From: Glaucostegus cemiculus
Lineage: Eukaryota
Direction: 5' to 3'
DNA: 64,000 bases
NCBI GenBank assembly: GCA_976551045.1
Contig: CDPCPM010000151.1
Coordinates: forward strand, 2,108,001 to 2,172,000
In this document: positions 49,035-62,919 of the stretch, piece by piece
How the letters are laid out: each line of letters opens with the position of its first letter
How positions within the stretch are numbered: the first letter of the stretch is position 1
Made by a program: the position numbers and the translations under genes
Notes under the pieces: generated by a model
What the model was told of the DNA's origin: nothing
Database searches by the model: none
What the model saw: the letters and a program-made list of their open reading frames with translations, nothing else

Positions 49035-51542
49035 ATGGTCCTTCTGACAGTAGAGAATTTATTTTCAATGAATAACACTTCCAAAAAGATTACTTTGGAA
49101 AGTTTGAAAATATATTTGAGATACTTGATAGCTTCTGGTGACACTGGCATTTCTTTTGGATCTTGCACTAAAGATAAATACATTCAGTCCCCAGCAAGTC
49201 TCCTGAACATCTCACCAAACTAACTTCTTCTCACCTATGGCAGTTGGAAATATTCTCTCTCCAGTTCAAACTGGAAAAGAAAACTCAATAAATATCACCA
49301 TACCCACACACACCAACTCACTTTCACCTCTGTTTGCTTTTTATATTTTTATTGCAGTTATGTTTACTCTTCTTTCCAAGGAACCATTAAAAGGAACCAT
49401 TTTAGGAGCTTAAGCTCATCTTGCAGCAATAATTTCCTACATTCAGCCCCTTATTTCTTTCTTCCCACACCTAGTACCAGCCAACAGGATATTTTTGAAC
49501 AGTTGCCTTCTATTTGCAAGATTCCTACTCCTCCATTTCCTTCACAGTACAGAATTTAGCATCTTCAGCAATGACCTGATTTTGGGAGAAAATGTTTGTC
49601 TTCTGAATTGTTTCTTAATTGGTGAATTTCAATATTCGTTTCTGACACCCTTGAAACAAAACTCTGCATCTCAAAATATTAATTCCCAGGCTAACTTGGA
49701 ATGGGAGATAATAACATTAGTACAAAAAGATGCTGACAAAGGCCTGCTATTATTTATATTAGATATGGGATTTTCTGACAGTTCTAATTAATTTTATTGT
49801 CCTCTAAATTGTTCTGATAGAAGAGTTGTTTATACATTTATATTTAGATACCGCATACATTCAGGCTGACTAAAAGCATGCATGAGAAGTTTTAGGGCAG
49901 TGCAAAGTAATTTTTTCAGTGCATCAAGTGTGAGAGGTGAAAGGGCCAGTGAGCAGAGACATGGCATATTAAAGGGTTCACTGGATAGCCCTGTGGTGAA
50001 CCATACTCTGGTTTGTTTAAGCAGGATTCAGACTGATTTGACTGGTTGTGTCAATCACAGAACAGTTGGAAATCCTTGTAGACATAAAAGAATCTTGGGG
50101 CCAAGAAATAAAGAAGAAATTCATGTACTGGGCAAAGAACTATAACCTGCAAGGTTGGGATGGAGAAGCAAAAATAACAGTTCTACTTGATAAATGAAGT
50201 AATATCCAGCAAGGCAGAGGCCTGTTAACTGACCCAGAACTGATTCTGATTAAGTCAAAATATCTGAATCAGAGATAACTGCAAAGCAACAAGGTTAAAG
50301 TCAGACTGAATAAAATGGCTAAAATTACAAATTTATATTTACATTCACTGATCCTAATATGAAATAATATTCTTAGCTTAGCTCCCAATTTCATGATGTG
50401 TACCTTTAGAAGATCTCCAGCTAATTGCCTTCTCTCCAGACTGTTGGTTTTGTGCTTGTCTACTATTTACTCGCAGCTCACATAGTTTACTCAGGGGATC
50501 TGTGCTGTTGATTTCCAAGTGCCCTCTCTATCTTTCTTATGCCATAGTAAGCAAAATGGAATATAGAATCCCAAATGTTGTCTTACTTTGCCTCCCTTTG
50601 ATTTTTTTCTTGCTTATTCTGATCAGATGTATCAGAGTTCCTTAAGGCTTCAAATAATTAAGTTTGAATGTTACCAGATTATATGTTATTACACCATGTT
50701 TTTGTTTTATTTAGGTTAACTCTTCAGTGGTTAAGTCATGCTAAATTATAGTCAGGAGCTTTATATCTGTGGAAGCACTGAAAAGAAACCTAAATGTTAC
50801 AGAATTTCATCATTTGACAAGGCTCTTCACTGCACCTCTGTGACTGGAGAAGATTCCCTCCAACTAGCCACTTATAGATGATCAAAAATATTTTTGATCA
50901 TACTGGGAATTATGGATGTCAAAAAAAGCAGGAACCACAAGGAGAAACAAGTATAAAACAAATATAAAAACATATGGAAATTGTAAGCCAGAGTATGCAA
51001 TAACTATATTTTAATAGTGTAGTTTCCATGAAAATGTCACATATTAAAAAGAGAGGATGTATATTTTTAGCTTTTTGAATATCTTTGTTAAATTGTGTCT
51101 TAATCATTAATTCTCTCCTTTCTTTTCTTGTGTTTTTCAACTATTTGCTGCCTTCAATATTGGATGGGCATTTCACAAACAGCTACAAGTTGGAGGAATA
51201 ATTTATTTCCTTTTGCTTTCCAAATCCTCATTTACTTCCCCTAGCCATTATTCAAATCCTGGAGAGATCAATTTCAGACAAAGAGATGAAGTAATTAGCC
51301 AAATGTTAAGTATTGACCACTCATGAAAATGTTGCCATGCTTTGTGTTTGGAAGTGATTGCATTGTCCCCATAGATCACCAGTGACCTGTCATTTCAGTT
51401 CAGTTCATGCAGCTATGCATTGGACACAGCAGCAAATATCCTGATAGTGACCTGAATACATTGCTGAAAAAATGTGCCAGAAACCAGCTACACTCTAGTC
51501 AAGTTGTTGCAGCAAACAAGAGACAAATAGGACAAAGAACAG

Positions 51543-54500
51543 GCCGTGTTAGAGAACTGGAGATGCAGCTGGATGACCTACAATGAGCTACAAGGAGGCA
51601 GTCACTCCTAAGCTGCAGGAGGCAGGTTGCTGGGTGACTGTTAGGAGAAGGACTGAGAATAGGCAGGTAGTGCAGAGTACTCCTGTGGCTGTTCCCCTCA
51701 ATAACAGGTATACCGCTTTGGATACTGTTGGGGGGCTAACTGTTGGGGAAAGCCACAGTGACCAGGTCTCTGGCACTAAACCTGGTTGAGTGGCACAGAA
51801 GGGAAAGGGGGGAGAAGAGGAGAGCAGTAGTGATAGGGGATTTGATAGTAAGGGGGGGCAGATAGGAGATTCTGTGGACGTGAAAGAGACTCCTGAATGG
51901 TATGTTGCCCCCGGGTGCCAGGGTCATGGATACCTTGGATCGGTCCACAGCATTCTTAAGGGGGAGGTCAAACAGCCAGAGGTTGTGGTGCATATTGGTA
52001 CCAATGATATAGGTAGGAAAAAAGATGAGGTCCTGAAGAGGGAATACAGGGAGCTAGGTAGGAAGCTGAAAAGCAGGACCTCAAGGGTAATAATGTCTGA
52101 GTTGCTGCCTGTGCCACATGCTAGTGAGGGCAAGAACAGGCTGATTTGGCAGATGAATTTGTGGCTGAGGAGTTGGTGCAAGGGACAGGGTTTCAGATTT
52201 GTTGATCATTCGAGTCTCTTCTGGGAAACGTACAACCTGTACAAAAGGGACTGGTTACACTTGAACTAGAGGGGGACCAATATTCTTGCAGGCAGGTTTG
52301 TTAGAGCTATTGGGGAGGATTTAAACTAGTTTGGCAGGGAGTTGGGAACCAGCGTGATAGGTCAGAGCTTGGTGCATTTAGTATACAATAGATGCAGTGT
52401 GTAGAAAGACTGTGAAGGATAGACAGTTGAAAGGGCAAAATTGGAGTCAGTTGGATGGGCTGAAGTTTGTCTAATGCGAGTAGTATCAGGAACAAGGGTG
52501 CTGAACTTAGAGCATGGGTAAGTACATGGAACTATGATGTGGTGGCCATTACAGAGACTTGCTGTCACAAGGGCAGGAGTGGCTGCTGGATATTCCTGGG
52601 TTTAGGTGTTTCAGAAGGGATAGAGATGGAGGTAAAACAGATGGGGAATTGGATTTGCTGATCAGGGACAGTGTCACAGCTGTAGAAAGGGAGGATGTCC
52701 TGGAAGGATTGTCTACTGAGTCAGTGTGGGTGGAGGTCAGAAACAGGAAGGGAGCAATCACTCTATTGGGAGTATTCTACAGAATTCTGCAAAAATAACA
52801 GGGATATTGTCATGGGTGATTTCAACTTCCCTAATATTGATTGGTACCTCCTTCGTGTAAAGGAGATAGATGGGGCGGAGTTTGTTAGGTGTGTTCAGGA
52901 AGGATTCCTGACACAGTATGTGGACAGGCTGACTGGAGGAGAGGCTGTACTGGGCCTGGTACTAGGTAATGAGCCTGATCAGGTTTCAGGTCTCTCAGTG
53001 GGAGAACATTTTGGAGATAGTGACCATAATTCCTTGACCTTCACCATAGCCTTAGAGAGGGATAAAAAAACAGATGATATGGGAAAGTATTTAATTAGGG
53101 GAGGGAGAATCATGATGCTATTAGGCAGGAACTTGGGAGTGTAAATTGGGGAAGTTCTTGGGGGAAGTGAACAATGGAAACATGGAGGTTGTTTAGGGAG
53201 TACTTGCATAGGGTTCTGGATAGGTTTGTCCCATTGAGACAGGGTAAGGATGGTAGAGTGAAGAAATCATGGTTGATAAGAGACGTAGAATATCTTGTCA
53301 AAAGGAAGAAAGAAGTTTACCTGAGGTTCAGTAAGCATGGGTCAGACAACACTCTGGAGAGTTACAAAGTAGCCAGGAGGGAGTTTAAGAATGGACTTAG
53401 GGGAGCTAGAAGGGGGCATGAGAAGGCCTTGGAGAGTAGGATTAAGGAAAACCTCAAGGTGTTCTACACGTGTGTGAAGAATAGAAGGATGACTAGAGTG
53501 AGGGTAGGACCCATCAGGGATAAAAGAGGAAACAGGTGCCTGGAGTCGGAAGAGGTAGAGGAGGTCCTTAATGAGTACTTTGCTTCAGTATTCACCAGTG
53601 AGAGAGACCTTGATGTTTGTGAAGATGGTGACCAACAGGCTGATACGTTTGGGCATCTCGATGTGAGGAAAGAGGAAGTGCTGGAACTTTTGAAAAACAT
53701 TAGGGTAGATAAGTCACCGGGGCCGGACAAGATATATCCAAGGTTATTACAGGAAGTGAGGGAAGAAAATGCTATGCCTTTGGCAATGATGTTTGCATCC
53801 TCGTTGGCCATAGGAGTGAGTAGTGCCAGATGATTGGATGGTGGCAAATGTTGTTCCTTTGTTTAAGAAAGAGAGTAGGGATAACCTTGGGAATTACAGA
53901 CCAGTGAGTCTTACTTCAGTGGTGGGCAAATTACTGGAGAAGATTCTTTGAGACAGGATTTATGAGCATTTGGAGAAGCATAGGCTGACTAGGGACAGTC
54001 AGCATGGCATTGCGAGGAACAAGTCGTGCCTCATGAGCCTAACTTAATTCTTTGAGGATGTGACAAAACACATTGATGAAGGTAGAGCTGTGGATGTGGT
54101 GTACGTGGATTTTAGTAAGGTGTTTGATAAGGTTCTTCATGGAAGGTTCATTCAGAAATTCAGGAGGCATGGGATCCAGAGAAACTTGGCGGTATGGATT
54201 CAGAATTGGCTTGCCTACAGAAGACAGAGTGTGGTTGTAGATGAAGTGTATTCTGCCTGGAAATCAGTAACCAGTGGTGTTCTGCAGGGATTTGTTTTGG
54301 GGAGCCCGCTCTTTGTGATTTTTATAAATGACTTGGATGAGGATGTGGCAGGGTGGGTTAGTAAGTTTGCTGATGACACGAAGTTTGATGTTGTTGTGGT
54401 TAGTGTAGAAGGTTGCTCCAGGCTACAACAGGACATTGATAGGATCCAGAGCTAGGCTGAGAAGTGGCAGATGGGGTTCAACCTGGAAAAGTGTGAAGTG

Positions 54501-54582
54501 GTACACGTTGGAAGATCGAATTGGAAGAAGAATACAAGGTTAATGGCAGGACTCTTAGCAGTGTGGAGGAACAGAGGGACCT
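51543..54582 (+). mobile_element. Long CR1 LINE relic: ORF1 esterase, APE endonuclease and RT, 3' end missing
   Basis: ORF1 SGNH-type motifs VVIGDL, VHIGTNDIG, DWLHLN; APE NASSIRNK, VAITET, GDFNFP, SDH; RT KSPGPD, DFSKVFDKV, FADD; many frameshifts. Confidence 0.93.
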
Positions 54583-54777
54583 CAACAGAGAACACTGCTC
54601 TGAAAATGATTATGTTAGTTCCAACACAATGTATTTGGTAAACCTTGGAAAATGAAATTCTTGCTATTTAAGTGACTTTTCTAAGCAGCATAAGGGTGAT
54701 GCACAACTCTGTTTAATGCCAGAAACTGTGGATCAGTTTCTTAATCTTAATATTTTAGACCATTTATCATTCACCAA

Positions 54778-54872
54778 ATCTGATGGGAGATCAGTGACCT
54801 AAAATATTAACTGTTTCTCCCTCCATAAGTGCTGTCTGACTTGCTGAGTAGTTCCAGCACTTGTTGTTTCTG
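54778..54872 (+). mobile_element. Penelope-type terminal fragment, degraded
   Basis: CTGATG..GACCTAAAATATTAACTGTTTCTC..CTGACTTGCTGAGTAGTTCCAGCA. Confidence 0.5.
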
Positions 54873-55344
54873 TTACAATATATCACAGCATATACACATC
54901 TGTCTGACAAGGGGAAACATTCCCAGATTTGGTTTATCCACTCAACCAAGATAAATCTATCCCAGTCATTTACTGCCCTATTATCCTCATCCCAACTCTC
55001 ATTAAAGTGATAGATTCATCAATAATGGCATCAGGTAACAGCTGCTCATCTATAATCTGCTGACAAACTCTCATTTTGGGTTCAGCCAGAACCACTCAGC
55101 TCTTGAACTCATTGAAGCCTTAATCTGGAGGTGAGGTGACAGCTGCTGGCCTCAGTATCAAGGTCACATTTGGTCTTGTGTGACTTCAGTGACTTGGAGG
55201 AACCTTAAGAAATCTGGTTGAAGTAAGGAAGGCTTCCAGAGGTTGGAGTGGTAAGTGGCACAAAGATTGATAGCTGCTATTGCAGAAATTACTGCAGGAG
55301 TTTACTTACTTGGTTATTACTGCATGTTTATTAAGATTCTTCAG

Positions 55345-55466
55345 CAGGTAAATGGATAGGAAAGGTTTAGAGGGATATGGGCCTAACACAAGCAAATGGG
55401 ACTTGCTTAGATGGGGATCTTCGTCAGTGTGGATCAGTGAGGCCGAAGGGCCTGTTCCCATGCTGT
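55345..55466 (+). mobile_element. CR1 3' UTR fragment
   Basis: ATGGATAGGAAAGGTTTAGAGGGATATGG..GGCCGAAGGGCCTGTT..TGCTGTA. Confidence 0.8.
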
Positions 55467-55594
55467 ATTGCTCTGTAACTCTATGAAATAGAAAGAGGCC
55501 GTTCAGCCCATGGTTTGCCGCAGAGCAACACTGTCAGTCCATTTTTCCTATTTCCCTGCAGCCCTGCAACTGACTTTTTCTCTCCACCACTCAC

Positions 55595-55631
55595 CAACTC
55601 CACTTTGATTAAAAGAATCAAAGTGGAGTTG
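55595..55631. repeat. Perfect 16-bp inverted repeat with 5-nt spacer
   Basis: CAACTCCACTTTGATT-AAAAG-AATCAAAGTGGAGTTG. Confidence 0.95.
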
Positions 55632-56027
55632 TCAAGGAGATTCCCAGCCTGACCCTCTTCAGTTGTTTGTCCGATACCCTTCCCCTCGTTATGAAGACAG
55701 AACGAGCAAACTTTGTTCAGCTTCGTTCACAGTGATAACAAAGCAGCCTTCAGTAGTCTACAGATGTACCTGGAGGACACGTGGCCTTGAGCTGACAAGT
55801 GTCAGATATCATTAAGTGGCAGGCAATGATCAGTTTTATGAAAAAAACCAGGCATCCTGCCTGGTCCTTCAATATCATCACCATTGCAGAGAATTCTATC
55901 CGGACATCAGCATCTTGGAAGGGACACCATGGTGCTCGACTGCATCTGCTGTAGATGGCAATGGTTGGACACCAAGTGATGATTACTTCATTTTCTGACT
56001 CCCTCAAAATTTCTTCCAGGTACTATA

Positions 56028-56643
56028 ATAGAACGTAAAACAGTATAACACAGGAACAGGCCCTTTGGCCCACGATGTTGTGCCAAACTAATTAAGCTAA
56101 TGATGATTATTTAAACTAATCCCTTCTGCCTGCAAACGGTCCAGATCCTTCCATTCTCTGTATCTTCAAGAGCCCCTTAAACACCTCTGTTGTACTGGCC
56201 TCCATCACCACTTCTGGCAGCGCATTCCAGGCACACCACTCTCTGGGTAAAAAGACTTGCCTCTCACATCTCCTTTGAACTTTCCCCCACTCACCTTAAA
56301 TACATGCCCTCTAGTATTAGACATTTTGACCCGAGGAAAAAGATACCAGTTGTCTACTCTATTTATGCCTCTCGTGATTTTATAAACTTCTATCGGGTTT
56401 CCCCTCAGCCTCTGCCAATACAGGGAAAATAACCCCAGTTTATCTAACCTCTCCTTATAGCACCTGCCCTCTAATCCAGGCAGCATCCTGGTAAACCTCT
56501 TCTGCACCTTCTCCAAAGCCTCCTCATCCTTTCTATAATGGGATGACCAGAACTGAATGCATTACTCCAGATGCGGCCTAACCAGAGTTTTATAAATCTG
56601 CAACATAACTTCCTGAACCTTGAACTCAACGCCTCAACTAATG
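56028..56643 (-). mobile_element. CR1 3' fragment
   Basis: ORF 56205-56516 EKVQKRFTRMLPGLEG..IEVYKI; tail toward 56028. Confidence 0.9.
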
Positions 56644-57009
56644 CACACAGCTACAGCAATACTCCATCCCTGGTCACAAATGCATTGTTCTCAGCCTCTG
56701 GAATTCATTTCCCTTAAATCAATTGTGGCTGAAATGTACAACATCCTGATGTGGTTGTCAACCAGATATCTAGGCACATAAGCTCAACAATGGCCCAGAC
56801 AAAACAGTTCTTTTGTACTGTATCTTTTCCAACAGATGTGTTATCTTCCTTATTATCAAAGTATTGTGGCTGCATTATAACTGATTCAGAAAACGTATTG
56901 CAGCAATCAAAATTCTTCAATGGCAACTTCCTCCCCTGCATCCCCCAGCATCACCAAAGACAAGGACTGCAGTTATGGAGAAACTGTTACATAACACCTC
57001 GCCTGCAAA

Positions 57010-57335
57010 AGCTCACCTAGTACCAGTGACCAGGGTTCAATCCTGACCTTGGGCACTGTCTGCCAGGAGACTGCACATTCTTCCTCTGACTGCCTGGGTT
57101 TCCTCCGGGAGCTCCAGTTTCCTCCCATGTCTCAGCAATGTTTGGGTTGCTAGATTACTTGGCCATTGTAGGTGAATGATAGAATCTGGGAGAGATATTG
57201 ATGTGAATGTGGGGAGAACAAACAATGGGATTAATGTAGGACAGTGTAATGTAGGACAGTGGTTGATGGTCTGGGTGGATTTGGTGGGCGGAAGGGCATG
57301 TTTCCATACTGCATCAGTCTGTGACTCTATGACTA
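57010..57335 (+). mobile_element. Older V-core SINE
   Basis: B box GGTTCAATCC, GGGTTTCCTCCGGGAGCTCCAGTTTCCTCCCA, tail GACTCTATGACT; internal 15-bp tandem duplication 57232-57261. Confidence 0.82.
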
Positions 57336-58559
57336 TTACACAGCCTCTTTGAATTTCCCACCTGATAACTTGGGTGCACCATACAGGCTGGATTCAGTTA
57401 AGGAGGAAGACCACCACTCTCACAGAGAATCTACAGTTGAGCTACAAACCTGGTTTGCCAGCATCAGTTATTGCAGGAGAACAAACTATAAAATGTAAAT
57501 TATTGTTCAGGTCTCTTACTCTTCCAGATTGACAGGAGCCCTGGGCAATGTGTGCATTATTTGGGGTTGTGCTTTGAAGTTCACTTTATGAATTATTTTA
57601 CTTATTTCCAGTTTATATCTGAAAACTTGCTATATAATATTTGTTTCATTAATTTACGGATGACTTCAGCTGCAAATGCTATCCTGTGGGAGTAGACGGG
57701 ATCTGAACTCTGAGACTTTGAGGGATTATTTTCTCATTTGAACAGCATGAACTGAAGCTCGAGGCTAATTTGAAGCTTCAAGCATAAGAGAGAGAGCAGG
57801 CAGTCTGAGGCTGAGGAAAGCAAATGAGTATTACCTAGTGCAACATATTAACTGAAATAAAACATGAACATTGGAAGGTGATAAAGAAAAAGTAGGCTTT
57901 GGCCAAAATCAAAATACAAATACATAACCTTAGTGTAGCTTTGGGGCTATAAGAAGTTAAAATTAAAATAAAAGGCTTCCTCAAATATGAAACCAATGCC
58001 TGTGTGAAAGGGAAAATGGTGCAAGGTTGTGTCCATGGAGGCTGATAATGGGGTCAAGAAAAATTTTAAGGCCGGACTGAAGTTTGCTGAAAGATTCGAA
58101 GACTAGTGAGGGCTGAGAAGCATAGAAAAGACATCTGATAATAATGTATGAGTATATTAGAAGAGGTAAACAAGAGGGAAGATGCCATCAGAAGAGGCAT
58201 TTATCTTATTTTTAACTCCTTAATAGCACAAATTTTTAAGTGCATTGGTACAGTCTTATAAACTGGCAGATATGAACGTATACTTAACTTCAGAAATTAA
58301 AGTTGAATATGCTTACATATCGAAGTCACCCTAAATTTCAAGCATACAATAGCTTAGCACCCATATATCCCATTTAAGTAATAACTGCACCCTTACGCTT
58401 GGCACAAAGTAGCTAATGGCAGATGAGTGAGCCTTAGGCTCCAGCTAGGTTTTAGGTAAGTGAAGGGGAAAATTTAGGATGTTCCCAGGGAGGGAGTGGA
58501 ACAAGGAAAGAAAATGTTACACTTTTTGAGAGGGCAGTCTTGTCTTTCTCTAATTTCAC

Positions 58560-59095
58560 TGAATCCCAGAATCTCATGAAGCCACATAATGGATGGAGAT
58601 CAGTTGGCCCATCAAGACAATACTGCCTCTATCCAAACCAGTCCAGCTAGTCCCATTTCCCCAGTTGCTCCACACAGGGCCACAACTTTGTGTTCTTTAC
58701 AGTAAATATCCAATTCCCTATTGAATACCATAATTAATCCGGCCTCCATTAGCACCTCCCTGTCCCCAGGCAATGCGTTTCAGATCGTAACCACTCACTG
58801 CATAAAAAAGCTTTTCCTCATATAATTTTTCATTCTTTTGCCAATCACCCTCATTCAATGATCTCTGGTTCTTGTCCCTTTAGTTAACTATACCTTACAT
58901 GAGGTTAAATACTCTGCAACCTCCTCTGTTCCAAGAAGAACAATCCCATCTTCTCCAGCCTATCGGTGTAACTGAAGTCTCCTGTTTTTGGAATCATTTT
59001 AATAAATCTCTGCTGCACTCTGTCTATATTTCTACATCTTTCCTAAACTGCAGCACACAGAAATGGATGCGGTGCTCCATTGCTCTAATTTACTG
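58560..59095 (-). mobile_element. Old CR1 3' relic
   Basis: Reverse-complement CR1 ORF2 end (AACCACTCACTGCATAAAAAA, TAAATCTC..CTGCACTCT). Confidence 0.6.
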
Positions 59096-60182
59096 ACCTG
59101 CCTTAGCTTATCCATATTGCTGATGCATCTTCCCTTGCTTGGAGTACAACTAATATACATTGGGCTCAACTGCTTATATTGAAAGGTTCTTGTTTGATTC
59201 TGCTGGGCTCCTCATCTTTCACTAAAACTGAGGGCTTTAACATCAGAGATTGATGAGAGCAGGAGGGTTATTTAACTGGTTAATCTCTCCATTTACACTG
59301 AGGAGAGAAGAGTTAAAATTCCCCTAAGTACTGGTTGCACTGTTTCCCATTCAGGAACCTTCAGTTCATAGGAAACACAGTAACTCACAGCTTGACCTGT
59401 TCATCGTAATTTTCACATTTATCAATTGCCACACAATAATGGCAATTAAGGCTACTTCAGGTATGAGGAAGAATTTTTTTGCAAATTGCTGTTTTAAGCC
59501 AGGCAATTTAAAGCATCTGGTGCAAGGATGAAGAGGAGAATGATGGTAGGGGGAGGAGGGCAACCAATTACTAATGAGGTCAAGCTGCAAACATTCTATG
59601 TAATGAAGTGAGATACTTCACTAGTCAGGGTCATGCTTTAACAGTATTGCTGGGTTAAAAGCAGAGCAGTACATGTTTAAAAAAAATGATAGGAGAATTG
59701 ATAACATTAAAATTAATATAATGTGTGCAGCCTCATAACATATACAAATAATAATAATAACATATTTCATAAAGCATTGATCATGGTGAGGCAATTTTTT
59801 TACTGACTGTGGCCTAAGCCAAAATAAAAGTCTGTTCGTTAGTGAAGGAAAGAAATGGTGTTGAAGTAAGAACAATATTTTCCTTCCCTGTGATCTCACC
59901 TCAAACCCCAATCGGCCCTGCATCTATTGTTGGATGATTTTGATTTCTCCTCCCCTCTTAGAGTACACTGTATACATTGCACTGGAATGACCTGGGATGT
60001 GTTTTGCTGGGGATGAGCTCAGAAGCAAGCAGCTAATTGCTTTGTTTGACTGATATGAAATTAAGCAAATTTATTTCCCTCACATGCCACCATTACATAA
60101 ACATCAAGAAGAAAGAATATGTGAGAATGAGATTAAGAAAGAGAGAAAGTATGCAAGACAATGAGTGAATCATTAGGAAGAG

Positions 60183-60292
60183 TTTAATTTTTTTTTTAAT
60201 TTTATTTACAGCGTGGTAACAGGCCCTTTCAGCTCAACGAGTCCGCGCCGCCCATTTTAAACCCCCAAATTAACCTACCGTACGTCTTTAGA
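60183..60292 (-). mobile_element. Type A SINE 3' fragment, young
   Basis: TTTATTTACAGCGTGGTAACAGGCCCTTTC..GAGTCCGCGCCGCCC, as in 9573-9680. Confidence 0.9.
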
Positions 60293-60644
60293 TGGATTAA
60301 GAAAAGACAAATCATTTTTTAAGTAACAATTACAAACAAAACAATTTGTATTTTATATTGAAAAGTACACTTGCAGTTGCAGTGAGAATACCAATGAGTA
60401 TAGTTACCAAAAAAAACAAACGTTATTGGTATACAACTTGTTGTGTAAGGTTGGCCGTCTTTGTACTACATTAAATATTTTCTGTGAACAGTCCATATGA
60501 TCTCATCATACTGACAATCTGAGATCACGGCCCCTCCATGTCTTTTGTCTTCAGTGAAATTAAACTCTTGTCTGAGCTTTAATGATTATTCCATGATTAT
60601 CCTTGTACCCATCTCTGGAACTAATCCTGTTTCATACAAACTTT

Positions 60645-61345
60645 TGAGTTTGGAGCAGTAGGCCACTTAACCTCTCAAATCTACTCTGCTATTTAATAAC
60701 GACATGACTGATCTGATTATAACCTTAACTCCACAATCCTACCTACCAAAGGTAACCTTTCATCCCCTTACTTATCAAGAATCTTTCTACCTCTGCCATA
60801 AAAATAATTAAAGGCTTAACTTCTGCTGTCCTTTGAGGGATAGAGTAGCAGAGATTCAGAACTTACAAGAGAATGAAAAAATAATTTCATTGCTGTCTTA
60901 AATGGGCAAACACTTATTTTTAAGCTTGGTGCTTTGTTCCCATAGGAGGGAAATCCATTCTACATCCACCAGGTCAATACCCCTTAAGATCAAGCATGAT
61001 TCAATCTAATCCTCTCTCACTCTTCGTAGTATATAAGTCTAACTGTTCAACTTTTCCTCATAAGATATCCTGCCCATTTCTGATACCAGTCCAGTAGATG
61101 GAATGTGCAGGTGTCCCATTTCTCCTCAGGGTACTATAACTTCTCTGAATTGCTCCCAAGATATCTAAATCCTTCCCTAAATAAAGGACCAGCATTGTAC
61201 AAAAGACTCCAGGTGTCATCCCACCAAAGCCTTTATAACTGAAGCATAACCTACTTACTTTTGTGTTCAATTTTCCTGGACATAAACAATAATCTTCTGT
61301 TAGCTTCCTCAATACCTGTTGTACCAGCCTTCTCTGAATCATGTA
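60645..61345 (-). mobile_element. Old CR1 3' relic
   Basis: Minus ORF relic YLGKDLDILGAIQRS; CR1 3' UTR toward 60645. Confidence 0.7.
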
Positions 61346-61349
61346 GACT

Positions 61350-62918
61350 AGCCAAAACTAATTTGGCAGGAGAATGGGTCACAGAGTAGATACAGTTGGG
61401 GGGGAAATACAGTCAGATATTGAAGGAAGACTAAGTCAGTCCAGTGGATGGGCAGATAAGAGCATGGTAAAGCACATGGGAGGAATGGAAGGCTTTATTG
61501 CATTTATTTTAATGCAAAGTGTCTGACGAGTAGGGCAGATGAACATGGAGCATTGATCAGCACATGGAAATATGATATTGTTACTATCACGGAGACATGG
61601 TTGAAAGAGGGGCAGGACTAGCAACTCAGCATTTCAGGGTATCTTCAAACGTGATAGAGAAGTGGTAATCTGTGTGTGGAACCAGACAATCTAAGTAAAT
61701 GGATACTTGTCATCTGAATTCACTAAGGAGAAGTAGTTGGAGAATTCAGAGCAGGGCTGATTAAATTCTAGAACATATTATCATTAAAAAGGAAGAGATA
61801 TTAGATGTCTCAGCAGGCTTAAAGATGGGTAAATTTCCAGAGCCTGATGAGATGTACTGTATCTCAGTCTCTGCTATAAGAGGCGAGGAGGAGACCTCTG
61901 GGTTTCTAACAGAGTTTTTTTTTAATCTTTGCTGACCACAGGTGAGGGGTCACTTGACTAGAAGACACCAGATGTGGTACCTACGTTCAAGAAGGGCAGT
62001 AAGGATAAATCAATTCATTACAGGCATGTGAGTCTAACATCAGTGGTAGAGAAGTTGTTGAAAAGAAAATGAAGGACAGGATTAATGTATACTTGGAAAA
62101 GCAGGGAATAGTCAAAAATAGTCAGCATGGATTTATTAGGGGAAGATCCTGTATGACAAATTTGATTGAACTTGTGGAAGAAGTAACTGAATGTTTTGGT
62201 AAAGTCAATGTGATAGATTTCAGCAAGGTACATAAGTTTAAAACCCATGGGATCCAAGGCAAGTTGGCACATTGGATCCAAAATAGGCTTGGTAATGGGA
62301 GGCATAGTGTGATGGTGGAGAGTTGTTTTAGTTATTGGAAGGGTGTGACCAGTGGTGTACCACAGACATCAGTGCTGGGACCCCTATTGTTTGTTATCTA
62401 CATTAACAATTTGGAGAAGATTACAGGAGATATAATTAACAAGTTTACAGATGATACAGAAATTGGTGGTGTTGTTGATAGTGAGGATGCTTGTTTTAGA
62501 TTACAGAACCATATTGATGAGCTGGTAAATTGGGCAGAGCAATGGCAGACGTAATTTAATCCTGATAAGTGCCAAGTGATGCATTTTGGGAAGATAAATA
62601 AAAACAGAATGTACATCATGAATAGAAGGCTCTAGGGAGCATTGAGAGAAGTCCAAGGATCCCTGAAGATGGCAACAGAGATAGATAAGGATGTGATTTC
62701 ACTAAAGAGGGTGCAGAGGAGATTCACTAGGATATTGCCAAGGATAGAGTGATTCAGTTACAGAGATGGGACAGGCTGGATTTTTCTTCCTTGTAGTGGA
62801 GGAGGCTGAGAGGAGATCTAAAAAAGACAAACTAAATTATGAGGGGCATAGATGGTAAGAAACTTATCCCCATGGCCTTCTTGTGAACGTTATGTCTCTT
62901 TGTCTCTATGATTCTATG
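61350..62918 (+). mobile_element. Old CR1 with large internal deletions
   Basis: APE relics (YFNA, ITETW), [34 protein letters not shown]; tail CTATGATTCTATG. Confidence 0.85.
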
Positions 62919-62919
62919 G

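Larger units (their letters stand above)
55632..57470 (+). mobile_element. Ancient CR1/L2-group LINE relic, interrupted by a CR1 and a SINE
   Basis: Relics ADKCQ, WQAMIS, SFNIITIAE, DISILEGT; 3' parts resume at about 56645 and 57335. Confidence 0.5.

Noticed and set aside
53464-53847. Minus-strand ORFs opposite CR1 and Rex1 ORFs (also 20956-21339, 21882-22202, 46534-46932, 4737-5376)
   Set aside because: Antisense shadows of LINE coding sequence.
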